NCBI GenBank assembly: GCA_963798845.1
Contig: CAWCUS010000006.1
Coordinates: 1,216,001-1,280,000, forward strand
DNA: 64,000 nucleotides
Origin: an uncultured Gemmatimonadales bacterium
GTDB taxonomy: Bacteria; Gemmatimonadota; Gemmatimonadetes; Longimicrobiales; RSA9
Direction: 5' to 3'
Under the pieces are notes generated by a model, which saw only the letters and a list, made by a program, of their open reading frames with translations, did no database searches and was not told where the DNA came from. Both the position numbers and the translations under genes were made by a program. Positions 51,631-61,083 of the stretch are shown here, one piece after another (position 1 is the first letter of the stretch; every line of letters starts with the position of its first letter).

Positions 51631-52608
51631 TCAGCCTCCGATGGTGACGTGCACTCCCTGCCGCTCGAGCCGCGCGCCCAGCTCCAGCACGCGCGCTTCC
51701 GGAACGGCGGTGTCAACTGGTAGACGCCAGGGTAGCCCGAAACGCTCGTGCTTCGCCTTCGCCGGCCGGTGGAACGGGAGCAGGTGCACGCCGTCCAGCC
51801 GCCCCGCCCCCAGGCCGCGGAGGTGCAGGGCGAGGGCGTCCGCGGCCGCGTCGCCATCGCTGACGCCCGGGATCAGCGGAACCCGGATGCGCACGCGCGC
51901 GCCGACGTCCAGGAGCCGGGCCAGGTTGTCCAGGATGGGCTGCAGCGGCACGCCGGTGGCCCGGCGGTGCAGCCCCGGGTCCAGCGTCTTGATGTCGTAG
52001 AGGAACAGGTCGGTCCGCTCCGCCACGCGGAGGAGCACGTCCGGCGACGCGAACCCCGTCGTGTCCACGGCCCGATGGATCCCGCGCTCGCCGCACGCGT
52101 CCAGGACCTTCGACAGGAAGCGCCATTGCAGCAACGGCTCGCCCCCAGAGAAGGTCACGCCGCCGCCCGACTGCTCGTGGAAAAGCGCGTCCCGGTCCAC
52201 CGCGTCCACCACCTCCGCCACGGTCAGCCACCGGCCCACGCGCTGCCTCGCCTCGGCCGGGCACGCATCCACGCACCGCCCGGGGCAGCCGTCGTCCAAC
52301 CTGCAGCGGCCAGGGTCCAGCTCCACCCCGTCGGCGCCTGGGGGGTCGGAGACGGCAGCGCCGGCCACGAACGCCAGCGCGCCCTCCGGACACGCCTCGA
52401 TGCAGGCGCCGCAGCGGAGGCAGCGGCCGGGGTCGTAGTGGAGGAAGGGAGCGCGACCCTGGCTCTCCGGGTTGTGACACCACCAGCACGACAGGGGGCA
52501 CCCCTTGAAGAACAGGGTCGTGCGGATCCCCGGCCCGTCATGGACCGAGTAGCGGTGGATGTCGAAGATCAGTCCGCGGGCGTCCTCAACCGCGCCCAGA
52601 GAGGCCAC
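51631..52608 (-). CDS. Glycyl-radical enzyme activating radical SAM protein with ferredoxin insert
   Basis: HDGPGIRT, GCPLSCWWCHNPE, CxxCxxCxxxCP, GGVTFSGGEP. Confidence 0.92.
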   Translation of the reverse strand: MASLGAVEDARGLIFDIHRYSVHDGPGIRTTLFFKGCPLSCWWCHNPESQGRAPFLHYDPGRCLRCGACIEACPEGALAFVAGAAVSDPPGADGVELDPGRCRLDDGCPGRCVDACPAEARQRVGRWLTVAEVVDAVDRDALFHEQSGGGVTFSGGEPLLQWRFLSKVLDACGERGIHRAVDTTGFASPDVLLRVAERTDLFLYDIKTLDPGLHRRATGVPLQPILDNLARLLDVGARVRIRVPLIPGVSDGDAAADALALHLRGLGAGRLDGVHLLPFHRPAKAKHERFGLPWRLPVDTAVPEARVLELGARLERQGVHVTIGG

Positions 52609-52706
52609 GGCGCTTCCTCCGTGTCAGGGCCGCTCCAAGGATGAGCGGCGGCTCCGGGCTGCACCAGCTTCCTGCGCGCGGCCGGTGCATCGGTCTCCTG
52701 CTCGGA

Positions 52707-52812
52707 GTCTCTCCACATGGAGAGACCGGGCGCGGAGTGGATCGCCATAGGTCGTTGTCCTGAAACAGTATACGTTCACAGGCCACGCGTGCGGTCTGTC
52801 CACGTGGAGAGA
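52707..52812. promoter_or_regulatory. Two related palindromes flanking a minus-strand TATACT -10 box
   Basis: GTCTCTCCACATGGAGAGAC (52707-52726), TCTGTCCACGTGGAGAGA (52795-52812), AGTATA at 52767-52772. Confidence 0.6.
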
Positions 52813-52911
52813 GTTCCGGCACCACAACAGCGGCCCGTGCCGGGCCCGGCGCGGCGGGGGCCGGGCCCGGCGCGGCGCGGGCCGGGTGCGTCGGCAGCGG
52901 ACGGGCGAGGG

Positions 52912-54342
52912 TCACGAGAGCAGGTAATCGAGCGCGTCGTCGGCGGTGTACGTGTCGCGCTGGCCGAGGAAGGCGGCGAGCCGCATGAGGTCATCGCCGG
53001 CGGTGAGGAGTGCGCGCTCCGGGCCGTCGTCGCGCGGCTGCGCCCGCCCGATGTTGGCCAGCAGACCGTTGCAGAGGCACTTCCTTCCGACCGTGTCCTC
53101 GGGCGCGCCGCCCTTGGCGACGTAGGCGTCCATGGGCTCGGCGGGGCAGCGGAAGCCGGTACGTCCGTCGTCGCGGCGGTACGGGGTCCGGAGATAGCCC
53201 AGGTCGCACATGCGGGTTCGGCTGGCGTACTGGTCGGGGTCGGCGTTGGTCCCCTCGAGCTCGACGACCTTGAAGGGGAAGCCGGTGGGCGAAGCGCGCC
53301 CGTCGGTGCGAACGTCGACGCCGCCGTTGCGAAGGCGGCGCAGGGTGGCAAGGCGGAGCTGCGGGTCGACGCCGCTCTCCTCGGCGTGGGCGAACAGGGT
53401 GCCCACCTGGATCCCGGTGGCGCCGTGCTGCAGCGCGTTCGCGAGGCCGGCGGGGGATCCGGTGCCGCCCGCCAGCCAGAAGGGGAGCCCGAGCTCCCGC
53501 ATGGCGGCGAGGTCGGCGACATCCCGTTCGCCGTACACGGGCTCGCCCCGTTCGCTGGTCTCGCCCCGGCCGCGCGGCGGGGCGTTGTGCCCCCCGGCCG
53601 TGTGCCCCTCCACGACGAACCCGTCCACTCGGCCGTTCGCCTTCCGCACGAGCATCGTGCCCAGCGCGTGCGAGGAGATGATGGGGAGGAAGGCCGGACG
53701 AGGGAGCACCGGCGGGTCGTCGAAATGGTCGCGCGGGTCGAGCCCGATCTGCGGATTCTCCTCCCGTCCCGCCCCCTCCACGTCGAACCGGATCGATGCG
53801 GGTTCGCCGGCGGCAAAAGCGTCGAGCACGCCCGGGATCTCGCGCGGGATCCCCGCGCCCATGAGCACGTAGTCCACCCCCGCGAGCATGGCGCCGTACA
53901 GCGTCGCCAGGTTCGGCAGCTGCACCTTCGTGAGCAGGTTGATGCCCACAGGCCCGTCGTGACCCTCCTTCGCCAGCCACACCTCCACGAAGCTTCCCAG
54001 CATGGTGAGCTGCTCGCGCGCGCGCCCCACTCCTTCCTTCCACATCGACAGCAGCTTGTACGGCCCGCCCTCCGGGCGCCCGTCCGGGAGGAAGTACCGT
54101 CGCATGGCGTCGGCGCCCGCGGCCGGGAGCGGGAACCGCTCCATCGCCCGGCGCAGGTGACCGCCCACGTCGCCGTCCTGGAGCCGGCGCACGAAGACCG
54201 TGTCGATGCAGGTGCCGGATACGACGCCCAGCTGACCTCGCCGGGATACGGCGCGGGCCAGGCGCCAGTCGGAGACACCAATGCCCATGCCGCCCTGGAT
54301 GATCAGGGGGAGTGGCCGGGCGAGAGCTGCGGCAGACGTCAT
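52912..54342 (-). CDS. Nitronate monooxygenase-family flavoenzyme
   Basis: IIQGGMG, MGAGIP, EG..AGGHN, WLAGG, QVGT.F; C-terminal Cys residues. Confidence 0.85.
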   Translation of the reverse strand: MTSAAALARPLPLIIQGGMGIGVSDWRLARAVSRRGQLGVVSGTCIDTVFVRRLQDGDVGGHLRRAMERFPLPAAGADAMRRYFLPDGRPEGGPYKLLSMWKEGVGRAREQLTMLGSFVEVWLAKEGHDGPVGINLLTKVQLPNLATLYGAMLAGVDYVLMGAGIPREIPGVLDAFAAGEPASIRFDVEGAGREENPQIGLDPRDHFDDPPVLPRPAFLPIISSHALGTMLVRKANGRVDGFVVEGHTAGGHNAPPRGRGETSERGEPVYGERDVADLAAMRELGLPFWLAGGTGSPAGLANALQHGATGIQVGTLFAHAEESGVDPQLRLATLRRLRNGGVDVRTDGRASPTGFPFKVVELEGTNADPDQYASRTRMCDLGYLRTPYRRDDGRTGFRCPAEPMDAYVAKGGAPEDTVGRKCLCNGLLANIGRAQPRDDGPERALLTAGDDLMRLAAFLGQRDTYTADDALDYLLS

Positions 54343-54615
54343 GCCCGGCTCCTCGCGATCAGGGGGATTGTGGAGTGAACACTCAAGAATAGGACGCCGG
54401 CAGGGCGATTTCTGTCGGGAGATCTCTGCCTCCTTCGGCGGGGCAGTTCCCCGCGATGTCGCGATCTCGTCAGGCCACGGAGGAGCCCGGGACCGCGGGA
54501 ACGCGCAATCCATTGCACACCCCGCAGGGACTTGCATGCAGAACGAGGACAGCGGTGCCAGGCGTGACTGGAGGAAAACGCAGCATTCCCAACGAGAAGC
54601 GTGTGGTAGGAGGTT

Positions 54616-54631
54616 CGGCTCCGGCTTTGCC
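54616..54631 (+). promoter_or_regulatory. Candidate sigma-54 promoter for the Rieske operon
   Basis: CGGCTCCGGCTTTGCC: GG-N10-GC with TTGC. Confidence 0.4.
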
Positions 54632-54693
54632 TGAAGGAGAGCGTGGCGGGACCCGGGCGCGCCGGGCCCCGACGGATCGGACTCGGAGAAGAC

Positions 54694-55470
54694 ATGCCCG
54701 GACTCGGATACCTGGTGACGCTGGTGGCGGCGCTGGCGCAGGGGCCTGTGGTGACGCCTGCGCTGGGAGCGCCGGACACGGCGGGTGTGGTGGTGGCGGA
54801 AGCGGCGCCGGGGACGTCGGGGGCGAGCGGCGGGCAGGTCGTGGGACTGGAGCGGGCGGGGGCCACGCGGACTGCGCGCTTCGACCAGGCGACGGCGCTG
54901 GCGGCGCTGGTGCCCGTGGCGCCGGTGTTCGTGCAGCCGGTGTGGTCGCGGCCGTCGATGGCGGGGGAAAGCGGGCCGCTGCTGCCGACGACGGTGTCGC
55001 CGCTGGCTACGGACACGCCGGCGCCCCCGCCGCTGATCGAGTACTCGGACGCGTACTACACGCGACTGCAGATCCACAAGTGGGCGAGCTGGGCGATGCT
55101 GCCGCTGTTCGCGGCGCAGTACTTCTCGGGTCAGAAGCTGGTGGAGCAGGGGCGTGACGCGCCGGGATGGGCGCGGGCGATCCACGGCCCGGCGGCGGCG
55201 GGAGTGGCGGGGCTGTTCGGCGTGAACACGGTGACGGGAGTGTGGAACCTGTGGGAGGGGCGGAAGGACCCGTACGGCCGGAAGTGGAGGACAGCGCACG
55301 GGCTTCTGATGCTGGCTGCGGACGCCGGGTTCGTGGCGACGGGGATCCTGGCGGGGGATGCAGGGGAGAACGGTTCGGTGAGGAACACGCACAAGCAGGT
55401 GGCCATGGTGTCGATGGGTGTGGCGGTGACGAGCTGGCTCATGATGCTGCCGCCCTTCAGGAGGGAATGA
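54694..55470 (+). CDS. Membrane protein with four His-bearing helices (cytochrome b561-like candidate)
   Basis: Ala/Pro-rich N-terminus, then IHKWAS, IHGPAA, AHGLLM, THKQVA each heading a hydrophobic helix. Confidence 0.65.
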   Translation: MPGLGYLVTLVAALAQGPVVTPALGAPDTAGVVVAEAAPGTSGASGGQVVGLERAGATRTARFDQATALAALVPVAPVFVQPVWSRPSMAGESGPLLPTTVSPLATDTPAPPPLIEYSDAYYTRLQIHKWASWAMLPLFAAQYFSGQKLVEQGRDAPGWARAIHGPAAAGVAGLFGVNTVTGVWNLWEGRKDPYGRKWRTAHGLLMLAADAGFVATGILAGDAGENGSVRNTHKQVAMVSMGVAVTSWLMMLPPFRRE

Positions 55471-56045
55471 TGGATGTCGCATTGATCGGACCGGTGGTGG
55501 AGGCGGCTCAGCCGTGGGCGCACCTGTACAACGACTCGACGCTGCTGCAGACGGGACTGCTGTTCGTGCACTTCGCCGGGCTTCTGACGGCGGGCGGCTT
55601 CGCAGTGGCGACGGACCGGCTGGCGCTGCGGATCACGCGCCGGGAAGGCGGAGACCGTCGCCTGCTGCTGCGGGAGCTCGGCGAGGTGCACCGACCGGTG
55701 CTCGTCGGGCTGGCGGTGGTGACGCTCACGGGAATCGCCATGGCGCTGGGGGACGCGGAGTTCCTGCTCACGTCCCCGGTGTTCTGGTTGAAGATGACCG
55801 CGTTCGTGCTGCTGCTGGTGAACGGGCTGTTCATGATGCGAGCGGAACGCCGGCTGAGGGGGTGGAGCGAAGCGGATCAATCGGGGGAGGCCGGGTCCAG
55901 GGATGGCGAAGCGGCAGTGTTGCTCGTCGACCCGGTCCCCCCGCATCCGCACCGCGCGTGGCGGAATCTCCGCTGGGCGGCGGTCCGGAGCATGGCGCTC
56001 TGGGGGACGACGCTCCTGCTGGGCACGGCGCTCACGGCTGTTTGA
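55467..56045 (+). CDS. Four-helix membrane protein (DUF6644/DUF2214-like)
   Basis: ATGA overlap; FVHFAGLL..GG, VHRPV, S.VFWLKM..F.LLLVNG. Confidence 0.65.
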   Translation: MMDVALIGPVVEAAQPWAHLYNDSTLLQTGLLFVHFAGLLTAGGFAVATDRLALRITRREGGDRRLLLRELGEVHRPVLVGLAVVTLTGIAMALGDAEFLLTSPVFWLKMTAFVLLLVNGLFMMRAERRLRGWSEADQSGEAGSRDGEAAVLLVDPVPPHPHRAWRNLRWAAVRSMALWGTTLLLGTALTAV

Positions 56046-56055
56046 GGAGGCGTGG

Positions 56056-56734
56056 ATGGGTGTGAACGGGAGAGATGAACGGTGGGCGGATGCGCCGGGC
56101 GGAGCAGACGCGTGCGGCGGCTGCGCCGGCTGCTCGCACGCCGCGGAGGTGCCGGGCGCCGACGGTTCGGGCCCGGCCATGGAGGGATCCTTCGGCGAGG
56201 ACGGGGCGGCCGGCTGGAGCGCTTCGCGCCGTGACTTCCTGCGTCAGGGTGCGCTGGCGCTCGCGCTCCTCGCCGGGGCCCGGGCTTCGCTCGCGGCGCA
56301 GCCTGCGCTCCGCTTCGGGAGCAGGCCTGCGGCGAGCGGACGGGGCGCTGACGTACCCGCTTCCGTCGACGGATGGGGCCACGATCGACCGGGGCCACCA
56401 GGTGATCCTGGTGCGTTGGCAGGGGAGCGTGTACGCGTTCGCGCTCTCCTGCCCGCACCAGCACACGGCGCTGCGCTGGGAGGAGGACGACGGGCGCTTC
56501 CAGTGCCCCAAGCACCATTCGAAGTACGAGCCGGACGGGACGTTCATCTCGGGTCGGGCGACCCGGGGGATGGACCGCTACGCGGTGCAGGTGGAGCAGG
56601 GGCAGGTGTCAGTGGACGCGGGAACGCTGTATCGGCAGGACAAGGACCCCGAGGGGTGGAAATCGGCCGTGGCCATCGTGCAGACGGCGGGGGCGGCGGC
56701 GCAGGAACCGGGAGGGAACGCACATGAGCTGTGA
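56056..56734 (+). CDS. Tat-exported Rieske [2Fe-2S] protein (+1 frameshift near 56335)
   Basis: CGGCAGC leader and SRRDFL in one frame; CPHQ...QCPKHHSKY in the next. Confidence 0.8.
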
Positions 56735-57326
56735 GAGCTGCGGCCTGCGGCCGCGTGGTGAATCGGGAGCGGGGGATGGCGGCGCGCTGGCCGCGGATGC
56801 CGGGACCGCAGCGGCAGGGACGGGTTCGGGCGGGGGTTGGGCCGGGACCGGGCTGTCGCGCCGGCAGTTCATCGAGGCGGCCACGGTCGCTGCCATCGGC
56901 GGGCTGCTGGTGGCGTGCACCGCCAACAGCCCGCTGGGGCCGGCAGTCCCCACGGGCGGCCCGTGGGACGTGAACGTGTCCGACTACTCCGGGCTGAGCC
57001 ACATCGGCGGGGTGGCGAGGGTGAGCCTGGGGGGCGGGCAGGTGGCGGGCGTGGGGCGGGTCGGCGCGAACGACTACGTGGCGTACGGCCTGGCGTGCAC
57101 GCACCAGGGGACGCAGGTGGTGGTGGCGGGCGACGGCTGGTACTGCCCGAACCACGGCGCCGAATACAACACGGCCGGGAACGTGACGCGCGGTCCGGCC
57201 AGCTCTCCGCTGGTGTCACTCGGCACCAGCTACGACCCGGGCACGGGCGTGCTGACCATCACCGGGTCGCAGAGCGCCGTGCTGACCGGGAACGCGGGCG
57301 ACGACGACTCCGGCGACGACGACTGA
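56724..57326 (+). CDS. Tat lipoprotein Rieske [2Fe-2S] protein
   Basis: MSCESC, SRRQFI, LLVAC, CTHQG...CPNHG; acidic tail. Confidence 0.85.
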   Translation: MSCESCGLRPRGESGAGDGGALAADAGTAAAGTGSGGGWAGTGLSRRQFIEAATVAAIGGLLVACTANSPLGPAVPTGGPWDVNVSDYSGLSHIGGVARVSLGGGQVAGVGRVGANDYVAYGLACTHQGTQVVVAGDGWYCPNHGAEYNTAGNVTRGPASSPLVSLGTSYDPGTGVLTITGSQSAVLTGNAGDDDSGDDD

Positions 57327-57356
57327 ACGGGACACCCACCCCGGGAAAGGAAACGC

Positions 57357-57863
57357 ATGAACTGCCAGACCTGCAGTCTACACCGAGGGGCGGAGGCGGG
57401 GGCGGGGGCGGGCGTCGCGGGCTCGGGGCTGAGCCGCCGGGACTTCGTGGAGCGGGCCACGGTGGCGGCCATCGCGGGGCTGCTGGTGGCGTGCGGCGCC
57501 GACGGCGGCCCCACCGGGGTGGGGGTGACGCCGCCGCCGCCGAGCGGGGGCCCGTGGGAGGTCACGGTGGGCAGCTACGCCGGCCTCGACCACGTGGGCG
57601 GCGTGGCGAAAGTCTCCCTCTCGGGCGGGGCGGTGGCGGGCGTGGGGCGGATCGGTGAAACAGAGTACGTGGCGTACGGCCTGGCGTGCACCCACCAGGG
57701 AACGCAGGTCAACGCGAACGGGGATGGCTGGCTGTGTCCGAACCACGGCTCGGAGTACGACACGGGCGGGCACGTGGTGCGCGGGCCCGCGACCCTGGCG
57801 CTGGTACGGCTCCAGGCGAGCTACGACGCCGACACGGGCGTGCTGACGATCGACGGGGTGTAA
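57357..57863 (+). CDS. Tat lipoprotein Rieske [2Fe-2S] protein (paralog of the previous gene)
   Basis: MNCQTC, SRRDFV, LLVAC, CTHQG...CPNHG. Confidence 0.85.
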   Translation: MNCQTCSLHRGAEAGAGAGVAGSGLSRRDFVERATVAAIAGLLVACGADGGPTGVGVTPPPPSGGPWEVTVGSYAGLDHVGGVAKVSLSGGAVAGVGRIGETEYVAYGLACTHQGTQVNANGDGWLCPNHGSEYDTGGHVVRGPATLALVRLQASYDADTGVLTIDGV

Positions 57864-57880
57864 GCCCGGGCGCCGGCGGG

Positions 57881-59287
57881 TCAGTCCTGCCGCATGCCGA
57901 GGCGGTCGAGCTTGTACCAGAGGGTGCGCACGGACACCCCCAGCAGCTCGGCCGCCTTCGTCTTGTTGTCGTTGGTGGCGGCGAGGGCGGCGCGGATGGC
58001 CTGGCGCTCGGCGCGATCCACCGCCGACTCCAGCGTCTCCACCGGCGCGCCGGGGCCGGCGCCGGCGTCCCGGGCGTCCGACTCCCCGCCCCGAGCGCCA
58101 GCGGGGTCCGGCTCGCCCGCGGCGCCGGGCGGGAGGCCGGGGAGATCGTCGGCGCCCAGGACGTCGCCCGGGGCGAGGATGACGGCGCGCTCCAGGATGT
58201 TGTTCAGCTCCCGGATGTTGCCGGGCCATGCGTAAGCTTCGAGGCGGCGGACCGCAGCATCATCGAGGCGGACGGCGCGCCCCTCGCGGCCGGCGAACCG
58301 TTCGACGGCGCGGAGTGCGAGGGGCGCCACGTCCCGCGGGCGGTCGCGGAGCGGCGGGACGTGGATGGGGAAGACGTTGAGGCGGTAGTAGAGGTCGGCG
58401 CGGAAGTCGCCGGCGTCGATCATGGAGGGGAGGTCTCGGTGTGTGGCGGAGACGATGCGGACATCGACGCGGCGAAGGACGTGCGAGCCGAGGCGCTCGA
58501 CCGTGCCCTCCTGGAGGGCACGGAGCAGCTTGGCCTGCATGGCCTGAGGCATGTCCCCGATCTCGTCCAGGAAGAGCGTGCCGCCGTCGGCGACCTCGAA
58601 CTTCCCGGTGCGGTCCTCCGTGGCCCCGGTGAACGCCCCCTTCGCAACGCCGAACAGCTCGGACTCGAGCAGCTCGCCCGGGATGGCGGCGCAGTTGAGG
58701 GCGACGAAGAGGGCATCGCGGCGGTTGGATCGAGCGTGGATCGCCCGGGCGACGAGCTCCTTCCCGACGCCGGTCTCCCCGGTGACGAGCACGGTGCTGG
58801 ACGTCGGCGCCACGCGCTCGATGGCGTCGACGACGGCGTGCATCGCGGGGCTCGCCGCCACCATCCCCTCGTAGTCGGGGGCGGCGATCTCCTTCAGGTA
58901 TGCGATCTCGCGCTCGGCGCGGTGGAAGCCGAGGGCGCGGCGCACGAGTGTGTCGATCTCGTCCACGGAGAAGGGCTTAACCACGTAGTCGAAGGCGCCC
59001 AGCTTCATGGCCTGGACCGCCGTCTCGACGGTGCCGAACGCGGTCATCAGGATGACGGGGATGTCATCGCGGTCGGCGCGGATCTCGCCCAACAGGTCGA
59101 GCCCCGTGCCGTCGGGAAGCTGGAGGTCGGCGAGCACGAGCTGTACGCGCTCGGCCGTCAGCCGCTCCCTGGCCTGTGCCAGGTCCTGCGCCAGCACCAC
59201 CGTGTAGCCCATGTCCGACAGCGCCATCTCCAGCACGCGCCGGATGCGAGGCTCGTCATCCAGCACCAGGATCGGCGTTCCCGTCAT
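57881..59287 (-). CDS. Sigma-54-dependent response regulator (NtrC/AtoC family)
   Basis: REC domain, [28 protein letters not shown], Fis-type HTH. Confidence 0.95.
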   Translation of the reverse strand: MTGTPILVLDDEPRIRRVLEMALSDMGYTVVLAQDLAQARERLTAERVQLVLADLQLPDGTGLDLLGEIRADRDDIPVILMTAFGTVETAVQAMKLGAFDYVVKPFSVDEIDTLVRRALGFHRAEREIAYLKEIAAPDYEGMVAASPAMHAVVDAIERVAPTSSTVLVTGETGVGKELVARAIHARSNRRDALFVALNCAAIPGELLESELFGVAKGAFTGATEDRTGKFEVADGGTLFLDEIGDMPQAMQAKLLRALQEGTVERLGSHVLRRVDVRIVSATHRDLPSMIDAGDFRADLYYRLNVFPIHVPPLRDRPRDVAPLALRAVERFAGREGRAVRLDDAAVRRLEAYAWPGNIRELNNILERAVILAPGDVLGADDLPGLPPGAAGEPDPAGARGGESDARDAGAGPGAPVETLESAVDRAERQAIRAALAATNDNKTKAAELLGVSVRTLWYKLDRLGMRQD

Positions 59288-61062
59288 GCCTCCTCCCCCT
59301 CGCTGCGCGGCAACAGGAGCACGACGCGCGTCCCCTTCTCCCGCGGCAGCTCGATGAGCGCGTCCCCACCATGGGCCCTGGCGATGCGCCGGACCAGGGG
59401 CAGCCCGAGACCGGTGCCGCCCCGGCGCGTGGTGAAGAACGGAGTCCAGACCTCGTCGAGCGTCCCGGCCGGGATGCCGGGGCCGTCGTCATCCACGACG
59501 AGCGTGGAATCGGGACCCGTGGTTCCCGTGCGGACGCGCACGTCGCCGCCGCGCGGCAATGCCTCGATGGCGTTGCCCACCAGGTTGAGCGCCACCTCGT
59601 ACAGCTGCTCCTCATCGCCGCGGACGGGTGCGGCCTCCAGCTCGGCCGAAAGGGAGACCCCGGCTTCGGCGGCCTTTCCGGCGAGCGTGCGCAAGCCGCG
59701 GCGGGCGACCTCGGCGAGGTCGGCGGGTGCCACGTCGGGAGGGCGCGGGCGCGCGAACACGAGGAGGTCGTTCACGAGCCGCTCCAGCCTGCCGATCTCC
59801 TCCTCGAGGAACGACACCAGCTCCCGGTCCCGCTCGTCGTCCCCGACGCGTCGGGCCAGCATGTCGGCGGAGCCACGGAGCACCGAGAGAGGCGTTCGGA
59901 TCTCGTGGGCCAGGACCGCGGCCATGGTGCCCATGGCGGCCAGGCTCTCCTGCCGGGCGAGCTGCAGCCGCGAGGATTCCAGACGCTCCACCATCGTGGA
60001 CAGGGCGCTGGCCAGCACCCTCACCTCCCGGGGCGCCCCGGCAGGCGGCGTGAAGTCGGGGGTCGGGGCGGGGACCGGCGACGCCGGGGCGGTGGCGGTG
60101 CCGCCGAACGGGGAAGCCGAGGCGGGTGTGCTGGCGCCTTCGCCGTCCACGTGCACCTGCCGGGCACGCTCCGTGAGTCGGCGGAGGGCGGCCGTGTTGG
60201 AGCGGGCCAGGAAGAGGGCCGCCGGCACGGTGACCAGCAGCACCACCAGCGCGAGGAGTGCGAACTGGCGGCGCGTGGCGTGGAGTGAGGTGAGCGCTTC
60301 CTCCAGGGGAGTGCCGAGCGTGAGGTGGACGGTATCGTCGCCGACGGGGACGGCAAGAGGGGAGGCCCGGAGCCGCTCCGCGTCGTCGGGCGGGGACGGG
60401 CGGAGCAGCCGGCCCTCCGCGTCCCGCACCTCCAGGGCCGTCCCGTACTCTCCCGCCGCCTCGTCCAGCAGGGCATCCCAGGGCGACAGGAGGATGATGC
60501 GTCCGAGGGGAGCCCCGGTGGTGCGGGCGATCACGGGGGCGATGGCGGCGACCACCGCTCCGAGGGTGCTGTCGCGGGTGAGGCGGAGGGTGGCGCGGCC
60601 TGGAGGGGGCGCCGGGATCCGGCTCCACGGGCGGTCGCCGGCGAACATGCCGATCCAGGGGCGGCTGGAAGCCGCGACCACGGTGTCGGACGTGCCGAGG
60701 GCCAGGGCGAGGGCGTGCCCACCGAAGCTCTGGGAGAGGCGGACGAGGGAGGACGCGAGCCGCTTGTCCACGTCGTCCACGGCCAGGTCCTGGGCCGCCT
60801 CGAGCTCCGGCCAGACGGACGTCAGGCGCCGACGCTGGTCGAGTGCCCGCAGGAGCCGGTCTCCCACGAGGCGCTCGCGGGCTTCCAGCGCCGCCGTCGC
60901 ACGGGCGACCAGAGCCCGACGCCCCCGGGCGTACTCGAACCCGCCGACCAGCATGGTGGCCACGACCACGAACGACACCAGCACGAGCGCCAGACGCGCG
61001 CCGAGGGTGTCCAGCCCCAGGCTCGCGCCGCCGCGCCGCACGATGGTATCCTTCACCGCCAC
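59284..61062 (-). CDS. Membrane sensor histidine kinase
   Basis: Two TMs with a periplasmic domain, HAMP-like segment, AHEIRTPL, NLVGNA, DDGPG, GTGLGL; start uncertain. Confidence 0.92.
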   Translation of the reverse strand: MAVKDTIVRRGGASLGLDTLGARLALVLVSFVVVATMLVGGFEYARGRRALVARATAALEARERLVGDRLLRALDQRRRLTSVWPELEAAQDLAVDDVDKRLASSLVRLSQSFGGHALALALGTSDTVVAASSRPWIGMFAGDRPWSRIPAPPPGRATLRLTRDSTLGAVVAAIAPVIARTTGAPLGRIILLSPWDALLDEAAGEYGTALEVRDAEGRLLRPSPPDDAERLRASPLAVPVGDDTVHLTLGTPLEEALTSLHATRRQFALLALVVLLVTVPAALFLARSNTAALRRLTERARQVHVDGEGASTPASASPFGGTATAPASPVPAPTPDFTPPAGAPREVRVLASALSTMVERLESSRLQLARQESLAAMGTMAAVLAHEIRTPLSVLRGSADMLARRVGDDERDRELVSFLEEEIGRLERLVNDLLVFARPRPPDVAPADLAEVARRGLRTLAGKAAEAGVSLSAELEAAPVRGDEEQLYEVALNLVGNAIEALPRGGDVRVRTGTTGPDSTLVVDDDGPGIPAGTLDEVWTPFFTTRRGGTGLGLPLVRRIARAHGGDALIELPREKGTRVVLLLPRSEGEEA

Positions 61063-61083
61063 CCGGGCTCCCGGTTCTCAGCC

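Noticed and set aside
56056..57863. Cytochrome bc1/b6f or arsenite oxidase operon
   Set aside because: No PEWY-type cytochrome b, no CxxCH cytochrome, no molybdopterin subunit; disulfide Cys absent
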